From a virus, in UHGV virus genome UHGV-0279745: a stretch of DNA of 64,000 nt. One strand, written 5' to 3'. The notes beneath the pieces are model-generated. The model ran no database searches. It was given only the letters and a program-made list of their open reading frames with translations, and was not told the origin of the DNA. The first letter of the stretch is position 1; each line of letters starts with the position of its first letter. Of this stretch, positions 55,801 to 64,000 are shown piece after piece. The translations under genes and the position numbers were made by a program.

Positions 55801-57081
55801 TGCAGCAACCCCAGTCGTTTCTGTACCTTTACCTGTTTTAAGTTTAGCGACGCCTTTTTCGGCGGTTGTCGCTTTTGTTGGGTCGATAGTCCCGACAATG
55901 GGATCGGCGCGAGAACCTTTACCGGTAAAGCTAATCCCATTACGACCTTCAATGTACACCTTCGAATCGTCAGGGTCGCCACCGCCACCAGAACCCGCAT
56001 CTGGATCTTGTTGGTATTCCATCAACGCCGTGGTAGTCAGTAACGGGTTACCGTTCAGGGTGAGTTTGTTCATCCCTAAAGCATCGCCTGTTGACTCGAT
56101 GCGTAATGTGTTTTTACCGGCACGCCAATTAATGTAACGTCCTGCACCTGTGCCTTCCAGATGTCCTACCGCTAATACCACAGAACCGTTGGATTTTAAC
56201 GTAAAACCATCGTTAGCAAAAATGATTTCGGACTCACCGTTTTTCGAACGGAACTGTGCGCGGTTTCCTGACAGCGTACAGTTAAACACGCCCCGTACTT
56301 CCGAAGAAATCCAGTGAGAGATATACGTGTCGATAACTGACTGGGGTAAACGAAACGCTTTCAGCTCATCCGTCAGTGCTTTCAACTTTAACCCGTAGGC
56401 CATAAAGGTGTCGGGCGTTTTCAAGTTAACAGGATGCGCGTTAATCTGCGCGGATGTGGTTTCGTGCGGGTTCTTCGCTGCGATATGTGCTGGGTAGTTA
56501 AATGCTTCGATTTCTTTACCCAACGCAGTCACTAACGCTTTAACTTCAGCTAATTTGTCTTTAATTAGCTGGTTAGCGTCGTCGGTTTTCAATTCAATAT
56601 CGTGAACTGCCGACGCTAAATATTTTTTGTTCAGCAAATCCGCCCAGGACGTTGCTGCTGGCGTCGCTGGATATAACGATGGTCTACCGTCTAATAACAA
56701 CCAGTCAGCACTGACTGGGTTATTCAAATATTTCACCAGTTCATCGAGAATATCAACAAACGGGTCGTAGAACGTACCGCCGAGCATTTGTCCTTCAAAG
56801 GTTACGATACCCTTGATGGATGGGTTGATAAGGTGTACCCCACAATACACGTTGGCTGCTACCGAGTCATCCAGTTCCGTCAGCTGATATTGCAGTTCGT
56901 AGTCCACCCCACGACTCAGTGGGGTGGTTGAACCTGGTTGTCTGACGACCAAATCTTCAAAGAACGGGCGGTGGTCTAAAATCACCACCCGATCGTTGTT
57001 ATTTTCTGACCCGATGATACGCTCCTCTAAGAAGTGATTCTCGGCTTTCGTCCCCCGAGGATCGTAAGGATACGCTTTCAT
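52879..57081 (-). CDS. tail fibre protein (~1400 aa)
   Basis: Shared N-terminal domain; typical tail-fibre motifs (AEKGVAKLKT; TKADLGLGQADNTADVDKPLS); ATG 57081 preferred over TTG 57084. Confidence 0.8.
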   Translation of the reverse strand: MKAYPYDPRGTKAENHFLEERIIGSENNNDRVVILDHRPFFEDLVVRQPGSTTPLSRGVDYELQYQLTELDDSVAANVYCGVHLINPSIKGIVTFEGQMLGGTFYDPFVDILDELVKYLNNPVSADWLLLDGRPSLYPATPAATSWADLLNKKYLASAVHDIELKTDDANQLIKDKLAEVKALVTALGKEIEAFNYPAHIAAKNPHETTSAQINAHPVNLKTPDTFMAYGLKLKALTDELKAFRLPQSVIDTYISHWISSEVRGVFNCTLSGNRAQFRSKNGESEIIFANDGFTLKSNGSVVLAVGHLEGTGAGRYINWRAGKNTLRIESTGDALGMNKLTLNGNPLLTTTALMEYQQDPDAGSGGGGDPDDSKVYIEGRNGISFTGKGSRADPIVGTIDPTKATTAEKGVAKLKTGKGTETTGVAATPASLAPYSTDLSGYVAKTTMINGKPMNDGSRTITKADLGLGQADNTADVDKPLSTELNAALSGLADAGHHHDWSELGIYKASQSVYGIGRYATNQNGLVENRAVVPNILKELSARLDVVAAAIANAKEGSVTDFAAVKGADWRFNSQGTAISVQDLKYFYLLNGAKADSAVTGSIDLQTTPMFNWFSPNNQIETTWPTGKVSAGKGINWTGIEEPPLMGFQSVPVGKTASQMGDQSVVTVLAKTRVRARQPKLWVYAAGGGPVTVYINGIQAATGQSPLVAVYETSADVENYTVAVKAECSDTAKSAAVQFEIYDGDYPVYFSGPETHVELLQEFVTTHVGIRHYLYVNMLTGSLYSRTEPIQSIAVDPERGYIGYVDIVAGESYSNKTVSFETTFDFGKSTEVSEHIDARKAHGLSSVDWTLTDNPRLPLLNRAIAEPRALIYRKTLGSGSGGTLCTLSRGLFSYSHGLNVKSDLELIFSTEGATPYCWFTPFNPKENNAPTFEGSFVFDVDDIGGTKALSAAPDLILCASSQGGTVGRRYVRINLTSKTCKVGVGAGSTSEVWHKSFELNNGSMLMDAGRETSVEITTKDVLFNGEVANAEILDLIGWGPNGDKISANHAPRGMIRYRYNVNTRVLRLALSFSQFGSTTINLRQIEMTLPFDLVDYFTGDGVGLAFNGLSEKCFLTINHALIDPKTGNIDIDKYHYLRSLFESYTDSSVGWLADSKDGDYYQKLIDPTTHVYELNYCPTETIALPTGQGSVAISHEGQLPAQFFPRKLSRGALMAKKGELHASWNNEWSTSKAAANRYRHKLILRFAQGADKQQYRVAKVTGTVKCNWPGKVIIGDAGKDAYVSAIDSVPFALSTSADTGKAVTLTPKDLRVGQDIYIVLEPPGNNPEGYELNFTCSLDVTDEKGVRQDQLNAQSFELRSGESQFLMEKRNPYHITSKAWKWILAVLKRELNGKQLGDRT

Positions 57082-57094
57082 CAAAAAATTCTCC

Positions 57095-60000
57095 TTAATC
57101 GCGAATGATTACCGCCTGCACTTTATTGTTGGTGTCGATAAACGACATTACGCGCTCCTTGTTAAGATAAGGAGGTATCGGTAACGCAGCGTAATCCGCC
57201 AGGTTGTTATTAAATTCAGTTGCCACTAACGCATTAAGCGTTTCGGGGTCTGAACTGACACCGGTCAATTCCATAACGCGCACACGATTTAATGAGGAAT
57301 AGTTGCTAATATAGTCTAACAACGTACCATAGACTTTATTCGCGGTTGCGCTGTCTGCCGTAGAACGGATGTTGGCACGAACCTCATCCTCATAAAGTCC
57401 CCCTAAACCGTAGTAAATAGGGGTATACGGATCGTTAACGATAGGTGCGATATTGAACCCTGTTAGACGGTCAGTTAGAGGGATTTTCTGCGTAGCTCCC
57501 CCTGCTGCCGTGCAACTTACGTATTTATCAGTCGCAGATAAAAACACCACGATGGTATACGTAGTGCCCGCTAAGGTCAATGTTGCGTTAAACGTTATTG
57601 CGTTATTTGCAGCACGGGTGTGGGTAAACGTTACGTCAGGTTGTAACGTATTCCACGGTGCAGGCGTAACACGCTTCGTTGGTGTGAAACCTAACACTAC
57701 CGATTTCCCGCTACCGAAGTTCAAACCGAACCCTGCGTAACAATATTCACCGTTGCTGTCAGTTAAACGATAACCACGAGTGATAAGTAACGACAACCGC
57801 ATAAACTCGCCGTCGGTGTTTTTCCAACAACCTAAAACAGTTTCTAGCACCGTGCCGGTTTTTGCGTTGCTTTCTGTTTCCCAACTGACTCGCATTCCTG
57901 CGTTCTTAAAAGCTGGGAACATGTTGTGGATAAACCCGTGTAGGTTATCGCTTACCCCTTTCGCGTCAAAAATCCACTTGGATGCGAGCTGGTCGTATTT
58001 CACCCCGTCTAAAGCTTTATACTGCCCACCGGCAACATAACGCCAATCTGCTTCACCGCGTACTACTGCCTGGAGTCCAGAAGCCCAGCAAGGCGCGCCT
58101 ACCGTTAAGTTAGCTAACCCAAGCGCTGCACGTGACGCGGAGCGCTGAATGTGTGCGTTGTCATCGGCTTTATGATCTTTCAGTTCACGGAAATCACCCA
58201 ACCGTGTGACATTACGCATTTCCGTAACGAACACCTCAGAAATGTCGTTAACACCAATCAACCCTACACGCGTCATGGTATCCGTTTCAGCCTGACTGTA
58301 GCTGTCGTGGACAATATACTTCGCTTTGTTGTCAACGATGTCAACAAAAATCCCTGCGTAGATTTCTGTATTCAATTTCGGAAAACGTTCACTGACGTTA
58401 ATCGTCATCAACGGAACGTCGTACGTTTCACCACCGATAAAATACGTTGAAGCTGGAAGCGTGACCAGAATTTTGTCTTTGACCGTAAGGTCTATTAAGT
58501 CGTTACCAGACTCACCAAAACGTATAATGTCAAGACGTGCCTCCGAGTCAACGCCGCCGACAGCGCGCTCCAATTTTTCAATCTGGGAAGTCTGCGCCAT
58601 TACCACACTCCCATCGAGTGCTAAAGTCGCATCATCCACATCCAGACCAAATTTAATCAGACCACGTTGCGCTGTGGTTGCGTTCCCAGTACCAAAAGCG
58701 GTAAACGGGTGTTGGTGAACTTTAGGCGAGTATTTATCTAACTCCGCACGTTGTGCTGTAGAAATCGGTAAATCAACATCAGGCGTATTCGCAACATTAC
58801 CTAAACCAAAGGTAATCTTATCGATAGTGACCGAGCTGGTAAGTTGCATGTCGTTAATGTACGATTTAACTGCAACTAACTTACCGGTGAACTCAGCATC
58901 GAGTTTTTTAATCAGTGCTGGCGTTGCTGCAAGGTTTTCAGCGGTACCGAACTCATCGGTCAACTGCCAAGCTGCCAGAGCTGTTGTATCAGTCGCGGTA
59001 GGGAGAATAAAGGTCGCTACGAACGGCGAGGCTTTTATCCCGCTACCGGTGATCGTAACCGTTGTTGTCGAGTTTGCGTAGAATAAACCTGTACCACCTG
59101 CGGTATTGCCTGGTAGATACGGGGCCACGGTGGTGGGGTCTAAAAGTTTTTTACCACGCCACAACAATCCTCGGTCATCAGGGTATAGCACAAGCTGGTT
59201 AGTACCTGCTTGGAACGTTACGGGGTTGTTACCCACGTTAACATCAGTTGAACCTTGGCCAATAAACTTGATGGATTTCGGATCAACGACAAACTGAGCG
59301 CCTAAACGTGTCTCGTCAACAACATCCGGTGCTTTCTTAATGGTAACCGTGTTACCTTTGTTTTGCGAACTAATGGTAACGGCGTCGGCAACATTATTGA
59401 TCAGCGATTTAAAGTGGTGCTGATTCTCTAATGCTTCTAACGCGGCGTCCATGTTATTGAAGTTAATCCGACCGCTATACGTTTTACTGTTTACGGTAAT
59501 AACGACGTCAAACACATTCCCTGTACGCTTCAGTTGAAAACGTAGCGCAAAATCCCCATCCGGTATTGCCGGATTAGGAGCTTGCGAAATATACCGAACT
59601 GCCGGTACCGGACTACCGTAACCGTGCAACGCCAGTTCGATAGTAAGAGTACCGGACCAGACTTCACCGCTAATCTCTACGTACTTACCGGAGTTACTAC
59701 CAGGATTTTCGTAGAAACGTAAACCAACCCTACCGACCGCTTCATTACCAGACGCTGTTTTACGTCCAGTAACAATAAAGTCAATATCTTGCAGGTTGGC
59801 AGGCACCGCATTAAAGTTAGCACTGAAACCGCTTTTCGCTCCTGTATAACGAAGCGCACCGTGATATCTGTGACCACTACTAACATAGCTTTCGCTAAAA
59901 TAAGGACTCACGTATTTCGACATCGAGACCGGATCAACTTCCGTCGTGAACGAAGTAAAACCCGGAAGTGTGGTAATCGTGCCGTTAACGTTCTTGCTCG

Positions 60001-61417
60001 CCGATTCACGAAGCAGTTTTTTCTGTGCGGTTAACGTTGCTTGTGTTGGGTACTTAGCATTAACGTAATCCGTTAACTGCTGTTTCGTTTTCCCGTAAGC
60101 TAACGCGGCATCCGACGCAATACCATTCAGTTCTAACGCACGGATCGGACCCCACGTATCGGTGTGCGGGTTGTCCTTACGTGTAACGTGTTCGTGTGCA
60201 GGCGCGTTACGATACAGCTGCTCAACTAACTGATGGTATTTAACTATTAACTGGTAAACATCGTTATCGACGTCAGGTTCTGGTGCGCCGGGTAAAGAAC
60301 GAATTTGAATATAATCGTTTTCGGCCGCATACCAGTTTAGATTAATGTTCGTTTTAAACTTCAACCATTTAGCAACATCCGTTTTCGAATACCCTGCCGA
60401 GAACTCATCAGGCGGCGTATCGACATTGAATGTGTAATCCATGGTCTGTTTATTTGTTTTTACTACGATGACGTAAACACCGTTTCCGGGTTGACGGGTT
60501 ACACTAAAATCGATATCGTTTTTTAACTCATCGTCAGTTAAACCGTTGATTAACGTATAATCGTAGTTTGTTGAACCGCTACCAATAGCGACCGTTAAGA
60601 CCAGTGAGATTTTGCGCTGTTTTAGCTGCAACCGTAGAATGCTTGCCCCGCCGTTAGCATAACAGAGCATCCAATCGATCTGTTCGTTTGGATTCAATTT
60701 CGTCATGTCTGGCAGAATAGCAGGAATTCTGTGTTTCACTGACAGGGCGTAGTCGTTAAAGGTTGCAGTTTTATAACTCAAGCTATAACGATGACGGGTA
60801 GTGTTGTAGGTGAAGCCACCTTTATTGTCGTATACGGCATACTGCTCGGAAGTGATAACCTTGCTATTAGCACGGTATTCTAAATCCAGGGTATTACGCG
60901 CGATGGGGTTAAGCCGACTCACGACTTCCCCTAACGAATCGCCTAATCCAGCAATAGCCTGCATTAATTCCAGTTCACCTTTCCAATTCTCCCAATCGAA
61001 CTGGATATCGACCGGCGGAAAGTAAACGTCCCCGATGACGGTGTCCCACTGACACGCAGACGGGTATTTATCTTTATTGAGTTCGCGTTCTGCGGTAATC
61101 TGTTGTTGGGTAGCCTGACCACAACCAACGGCGTGGTAATCTACCGTGAAATTCGATTTGTATTTGTCGTTAACAATCCAAATCATCCCGTGAATGAGAT
61201 AGGCTGTGCGCAACATACCGGTCTCGTACGGGTGTGTAATAACGTAATCGTCGCCTAAGGTCAGTGTTTTGCCGCCGCTCTTGACCACCAGGGATGTGGT
61301 GAAAAAAGGGGCGTGGGCAGGTACCAACATTCGGTATTTCGTACCAATGACGGCGACCGCTTCACCGGTTATTTTATTCCCCGGTTTTTTGAAGTGTGGG
61401 TCTAGGACGACAGCCAT
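57095..61417 (-). CDS. tail fibre protein (1440 aa)
   Basis: Shared N-terminal domain; tail-fibre motif ITFGLGNVANTPDVDLPIS; AGGAG SD; first gene of the minus-strand operon. Confidence 0.8.
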   Translation of the reverse strand: MAVVLDPHFKKPGNKITGEAVAVIGTKYRMLVPAHAPFFTTSLVVKSGGKTLTLGDDYVITHPYETGMLRTAYLIHGMIWIVNDKYKSNFTVDYHAVGCGQATQQQITAERELNKDKYPSACQWDTVIGDVYFPPVDIQFDWENWKGELELMQAIAGLGDSLGEVVSRLNPIARNTLDLEYRANSKVITSEQYAVYDNKGGFTYNTTRHRYSLSYKTATFNDYALSVKHRIPAILPDMTKLNPNEQIDWMLCYANGGASILRLQLKQRKISLVLTVAIGSGSTNYDYTLINGLTDDELKNDIDFSVTRQPGNGVYVIVVKTNKQTMDYTFNVDTPPDEFSAGYSKTDVAKWLKFKTNINLNWYAAENDYIQIRSLPGAPEPDVDNDVYQLIVKYHQLVEQLYRNAPAHEHVTRKDNPHTDTWGPIRALELNGIASDAALAYGKTKQQLTDYVNAKYPTQATLTAQKKLLRESASKNVNGTITTLPGFTSFTTEVDPVSMSKYVSPYFSESYVSSGHRYHGALRYTGAKSGFSANFNAVPANLQDIDFIVTGRKTASGNEAVGRVGLRFYENPGSNSGKYVEISGEVWSGTLTIELALHGYGSPVPAVRYISQAPNPAIPDGDFALRFQLKRTGNVFDVVITVNSKTYSGRINFNNMDAALEALENQHHFKSLINNVADAVTISSQNKGNTVTIKKAPDVVDETRLGAQFVVDPKSIKFIGQGSTDVNVGNNPVTFQAGTNQLVLYPDDRGLLWRGKKLLDPTTVAPYLPGNTAGGTGLFYANSTTTVTITGSGIKASPFVATFILPTATDTTALAAWQLTDEFGTAENLAATPALIKKLDAEFTGKLVAVKSYINDMQLTSSVTIDKITFGLGNVANTPDVDLPISTAQRAELDKYSPKVHQHPFTAFGTGNATTAQRGLIKFGLDVDDATLALDGSVVMAQTSQIEKLERAVGGVDSEARLDIIRFGESGNDLIDLTVKDKILVTLPASTYFIGGETYDVPLMTINVSERFPKLNTEIYAGIFVDIVDNKAKYIVHDSYSQAETDTMTRVGLIGVNDISEVFVTEMRNVTRLGDFRELKDHKADDNAHIQRSASRAALGLANLTVGAPCWASGLQAVVRGEADWRYVAGGQYKALDGVKYDQLASKWIFDAKGVSDNLHGFIHNMFPAFKNAGMRVSWETESNAKTGTVLETVLGCWKNTDGEFMRLSLLITRGYRLTDSNGEYCYAGFGLNFGSGKSVVLGFTPTKRVTPAPWNTLQPDVTFTHTRAANNAITFNATLTLAGTTYTIVVFLSATDKYVSCTAAGGATQKIPLTDRLTGFNIAPIVNDPYTPIYYGLGGLYEDEVRANIRSTADSATANKVYGTLLDYISNYSSLNRVRVMELTGVSSDPETLNALVATEFNNNLADYAALPIPPYLNKERVMSFIDTNNKVQAVIIRD

Positions 61418-61485
61418 TCTCTACTCCTATAGTCCGTGGGCGTCGAAGTTCATACTATGACTTGAATCTATAGAGGAAAAGAGCT

Positions 61486-62748
61486 GTGACTACTGCTTAT
61501 CAAGTGCGGCCCGACAGCGCTTTTGGCTTCTCTCGAGAGTCCCGTACCTGGGGAGCCATCGATGTCACGCAACCCTTAAATACGTTGTGTTCAGACTACC
61601 ACACCTTTGAGATCGGTTTAAGTGCACTTGGTAAAGACTATACGTTAGTCAGCCAATACCATCTTGCCGAACTACAAAACCGAACAGACACTTTACAAGA
61701 TTGGTTAAATGAAAAAGCCGGAAACGTCATCCCTACTCTAAAAGCCGGATTGCCGAAACTCGAATTCGGTTGGGCACATTACCAATCGATTAATGCCGAC
61801 GTACCCGTTGAAACATATCTGTGTCCGTCTGGGTACCACCACAGTCAAGATTTCAGCTTAGATGATGCTGATGACGTTGTCATCGTTTGTGAGGACAAGT
61901 GGAAGGACAAATACCGTAATAGTGTACTGTACAACATTAACGGTCAATGGGTACCGCACCAGACAGATACCGTAGGTGTCCGATTACCCGGGGCCGGTAA
62001 AATCGTACGGAGAGCCTGTACGCCAGATATCGGCTGTATGGTTTTTGGTCAGTTAGGGAATGTTAAAACTTACCCCATTGCCAACCTTACCCTAAACAAG
62101 CTCGACACTACACGTGACTATTACTCCACGTTAATGATTTCGCTACCTGAGTCTATTACGGGAAAAACGGTGGGTTTCGTCATCGGTGGACTGTTACGTT
62201 GGTTACCTCCTGGCGGTTATTTCTCCGACCGTGCGATCATGATTTCTTTACCGAATTTTGATCTTGCGCGGACCGTTCTGGAAACCCGTCGCTATTACGA
62301 CTGGGACGCCATCGGTGTAGGGGATTTATCAACGCCTACTAATGTCCAACGCATTCGCAACCCCGAAACATTAAAGGCGCTTTTACTCCACGAGTCTTCG
62401 TTTATCTTTACGGTAGATAATCCGTATTTAGAAGAAGAGGTTGTGGGTGTATCGCATAACGCAGTTTGGGGACGTTGTTATCTCAAGGACCCTAGCGATC
62501 CTGATTCTGAAAAACCATTAGGGTACTTAAATAATCGCTTCGGAAAGACGGTGGGCTATTGGCCTACATGGGAGGAGGGTGAGTGGGTATTTAACACCAC
62601 CGAATTCGACAGTCAAAACTACGTCTTTCGTGAAGCCCGGTGGTATAATCAGAAGAAGATTAACGACGCGCAAGCAATCGTCGGTCCATTCGGTCCCTGG
62701 GAAAAAGTGTATTTAGAAATGCATCGCTTTAGAGCACGAAAAAAATAA
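61486..62748 (+). CDS. hypothetical protein (possibly virion-associated)
   Basis: 420-aa ORF with GTG start after GAGGAAAAGAG; divergent from the fibre operon; bidirectional terminator follows. Confidence 0.55.
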   Translation: MTTAYQVRPDSAFGFSRESRTWGAIDVTQPLNTLCSDYHTFEIGLSALGKDYTLVSQYHLAELQNRTDTLQDWLNEKAGNVIPTLKAGLPKLEFGWAHYQSINADVPVETYLCPSGYHHSQDFSLDDADDVVIVCEDKWKDKYRNSVLYNINGQWVPHQTDTVGVRLPGAGKIVRRACTPDIGCMVFGQLGNVKTYPIANLTLNKLDTTRDYYSTLMISLPESITGKTVGFVIGGLLRWLPPGGYFSDRAIMISLPNFDLARTVLETRRYYDWDAIGVGDLSTPTNVQRIRNPETLKALLLHESSFIFTVDNPYLEEEVVGVSHNAVWGRCYLKDPSDPDSEKPLGYLNNRFGKTVGYWPTWEEGEWVFNTTEFDSQNYVFREARWYNQKKINDAQAIVGPFGPWEKVYLEMHRFRARKK

Positions 62749-62797
62749 AGTAACCTCCTACCCTCTAAGAGGGTAGGAGTAGCACGTTTTTTTTTCG
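62739..62797. terminator. bidirectional rho-independent terminator
   Basis: CTCCTACCCTC-taag-AGGGTAGGAG flanked by an A-run and T-run, between convergent genes. Confidence 0.8.
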
Positions 62798-62798
62798 C

Positions 62799-63026
62799 TT
62801 AGTCTTTTTTGTAGACAATTGCGTTACCGTGCAGTTTGTTGTTGCCGGAAATACCGATAACTTTGAATGCGTCGCCGCCAATTTTTTCAGCTTCAGCAGC
62901 CAGCTTACCCGTTACATGATCAACGGTGTCGCCGAAAGCGCTAACGTTACCGATTTTCTTAAACTCTTCTGGAATATGCTCAGCAGAAGAGAACTCTTTA
63001 ATAGACATAACAGCTCTCCATTTCAA
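62799..63026 (-). CDS. DUF1471-like (YdgH/BhsA/McbA-type) small protein, no signal peptide
   Basis: KKIGNVSAFGDTVDHVTGKLAAEAEKIGGDAFKVIGISG...NAIVYKK matches the DUF1471 pattern as recalled. Confidence 0.5.
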   Translation of the reverse strand: MKWRAVMSIKEFSSAEHIPEEFKKIGNVSAFGDTVDHVTGKLAAEAEKIGGDAFKVIGISGNNKLHGNAIVYKKD

Positions 63027-63214
63027 AAGGAAGGTGGTCTAAGACCGACGTGTGTTACAACCGAAGCATAAGATAGCTCCTCCCCGTAGGGAGGAGTAGA
63101 GTGCGCGAAAAAAGTGGCCTGCTTAACTAAACGATGGGTTTAAGAAAAGTGTTGATAAAAAGCTTTACCAACGTCAGGTCACAATATATAAACACAACGT
63201 AAGAAAAAGGGGAA

Positions 63215-64000
63215 TTATTGCGGAGGTGATGTCGGACCATGTTTACCTTGGTGAATGTGAACGCTAAAGGTAATACCGGAAATAATGGCATCTTTAACCG
63301 TAAAGACACCCACACCTTCACCCGTACCACCGTATTTGAAGTTCTTAGCGATTTCCAAATTACCGGTGAACATCGCTTCCTTCCCTTCTTGTTTAAAGTT
63401 CGGCGTTTTGAACGTTGTCGAACTGCCCGCTTCTGTTAACCAGGTTTGTGTTTTAAACGTAACGGAATTCGCTGCTTCCGTATTGCGGACTTCGCATTTT
63501 TCATTAATCGTTTTCGTTTCCAGGTTAATAGAACGCTTTGAATAAATGAACGCATCTTCTTTGTTGATGTTCACTTTTGAAAGCATCGCATTCTCAAACC
63601 CGAGATCATCTTCAACCGAGTTAATGTAATACTTATTCCCTTTGTGGTCAACACACTGCCACGTGCCATTTGCATTATCAAACTGAAATAACCACGCCGC
63701 TTTCTCACCGTTCACCATACTTGTTCTTAGCGTGATATGTTTGTCAATCGTCGAGATATTCAACACATACGCATTGGACAGGTCATCCGCCATCTGGTTT
63801 TCAGAATCAGCAGACCACGCGTAAACCGCATCCTCTAATCGCTTAACGTTAGCAAAGTTCAGATCAATCCAAAAATAAATATCGGTTTTCCCCAAACGTA
63901 ACAAGATAACGTAATCTTCTCGTTTAACGTCAGGGGAATTAATTCGGTTGGAGTTAAACTTCCACCACTTTGCTGTTATCGTGTTACCCGTCTTAATGGT
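63215..64000 (-). CDS. hypothetical protein (5' partial; frame open to window edge)
   Basis: The minus-strand frame of the 63215-63904 ORF stays open upstream to base 64000; the TTG at 63904 is probably internal. Confidence 0.45.
   Translation of the reverse strand, partial: TIKTGNTITAKWWKFNSNRINSPDVKREDYVILLRLGKTDIYFWIDLNFANVKRLEDAVYAWSADSENQMADDLSNAYVLNISTIDKHITLRTSMVNGEKAAWLFQFDNANGTWQCVDHKGNKYYINSVEDDLGFENAMLSKVNINKEDAFIYSKRSINLETKTINEKCEVRNTEAANSVTFKTQTWLTEAGSSTTFKTPNFKQEGKEAMFTGNLEIAKNFKYGGTGEGVGVFTVKDAIISGITFSVHIHQGKHGPTSPPQ

Noticed and set aside
1-64000. CRISPR arrays, rRNA genes, transposase/IS elements, integrase
   Set aside because: No direct-repeat/spacer periodicity, no rRNA-like conserved stretches, and no DDE or tyrosine-recombinase motifs were recognised; the window reads as a lytic phage gene array. 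An exhaustive search was not possible by eye.

Overview
This 64 kb window reads as part of a large virulent tailed dsDNA phage genome with almost no non-coding space. From 1 to 20 kb there is a plus-strand array of about 36 small, tightly packed genes separated by hairpin/T-run terminators; recognisable products include a RuvC-like resolvase, GNAT acetyltransferases, a dNMP-kinase-like P-loop protein, an HTH regulator and a Dam methyltransferase very similar to E. coli Dam. From 20 to 28 kb lies a tail-fibre module: a 1533-aa fibre with 40-aa tandem repeats and a C-terminal intramolecular-chaperone domain, glycine-rich partner proteins, and a second shorter fibre cassette. From 28 to 39 kb is a second block of small unknown genes ending in a peptidoglycan-hydrolase cluster (GH108 lysozyme, DUF1353-like protein, M15-like peptidase). 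From 39 to 61.4 kb a convergent minus-strand virion operon encodes three giant fibre-like proteins (1440, 1401, 1727 aa) and a fibritin-like coiled-coil protein. The most unusual feature follows a terminator at the end of that operon: three tandem paralogous Cys/Gly/Ser-rich (CxxxC repeat) proteins with a conserved N-terminal region, an unknown 299-aa protein, two overlapping radical SAM enzymes (one with a SPASM-like Cys cluster) and two unknown proteins. I interpret this as a candidate phage-encoded radical-SAM peptide/protein maturation (RiPP-like) system. Other observations are a six-member paralogous protein family, a four-copy promoter-like motif with a 5' stem-loop, and an apparent frame disruption in a glycine-rich paralog. 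No tRNA, rRNA or CRISPR array was recognised. All calls rest on reading the sequence and motif recall; no database search was run.
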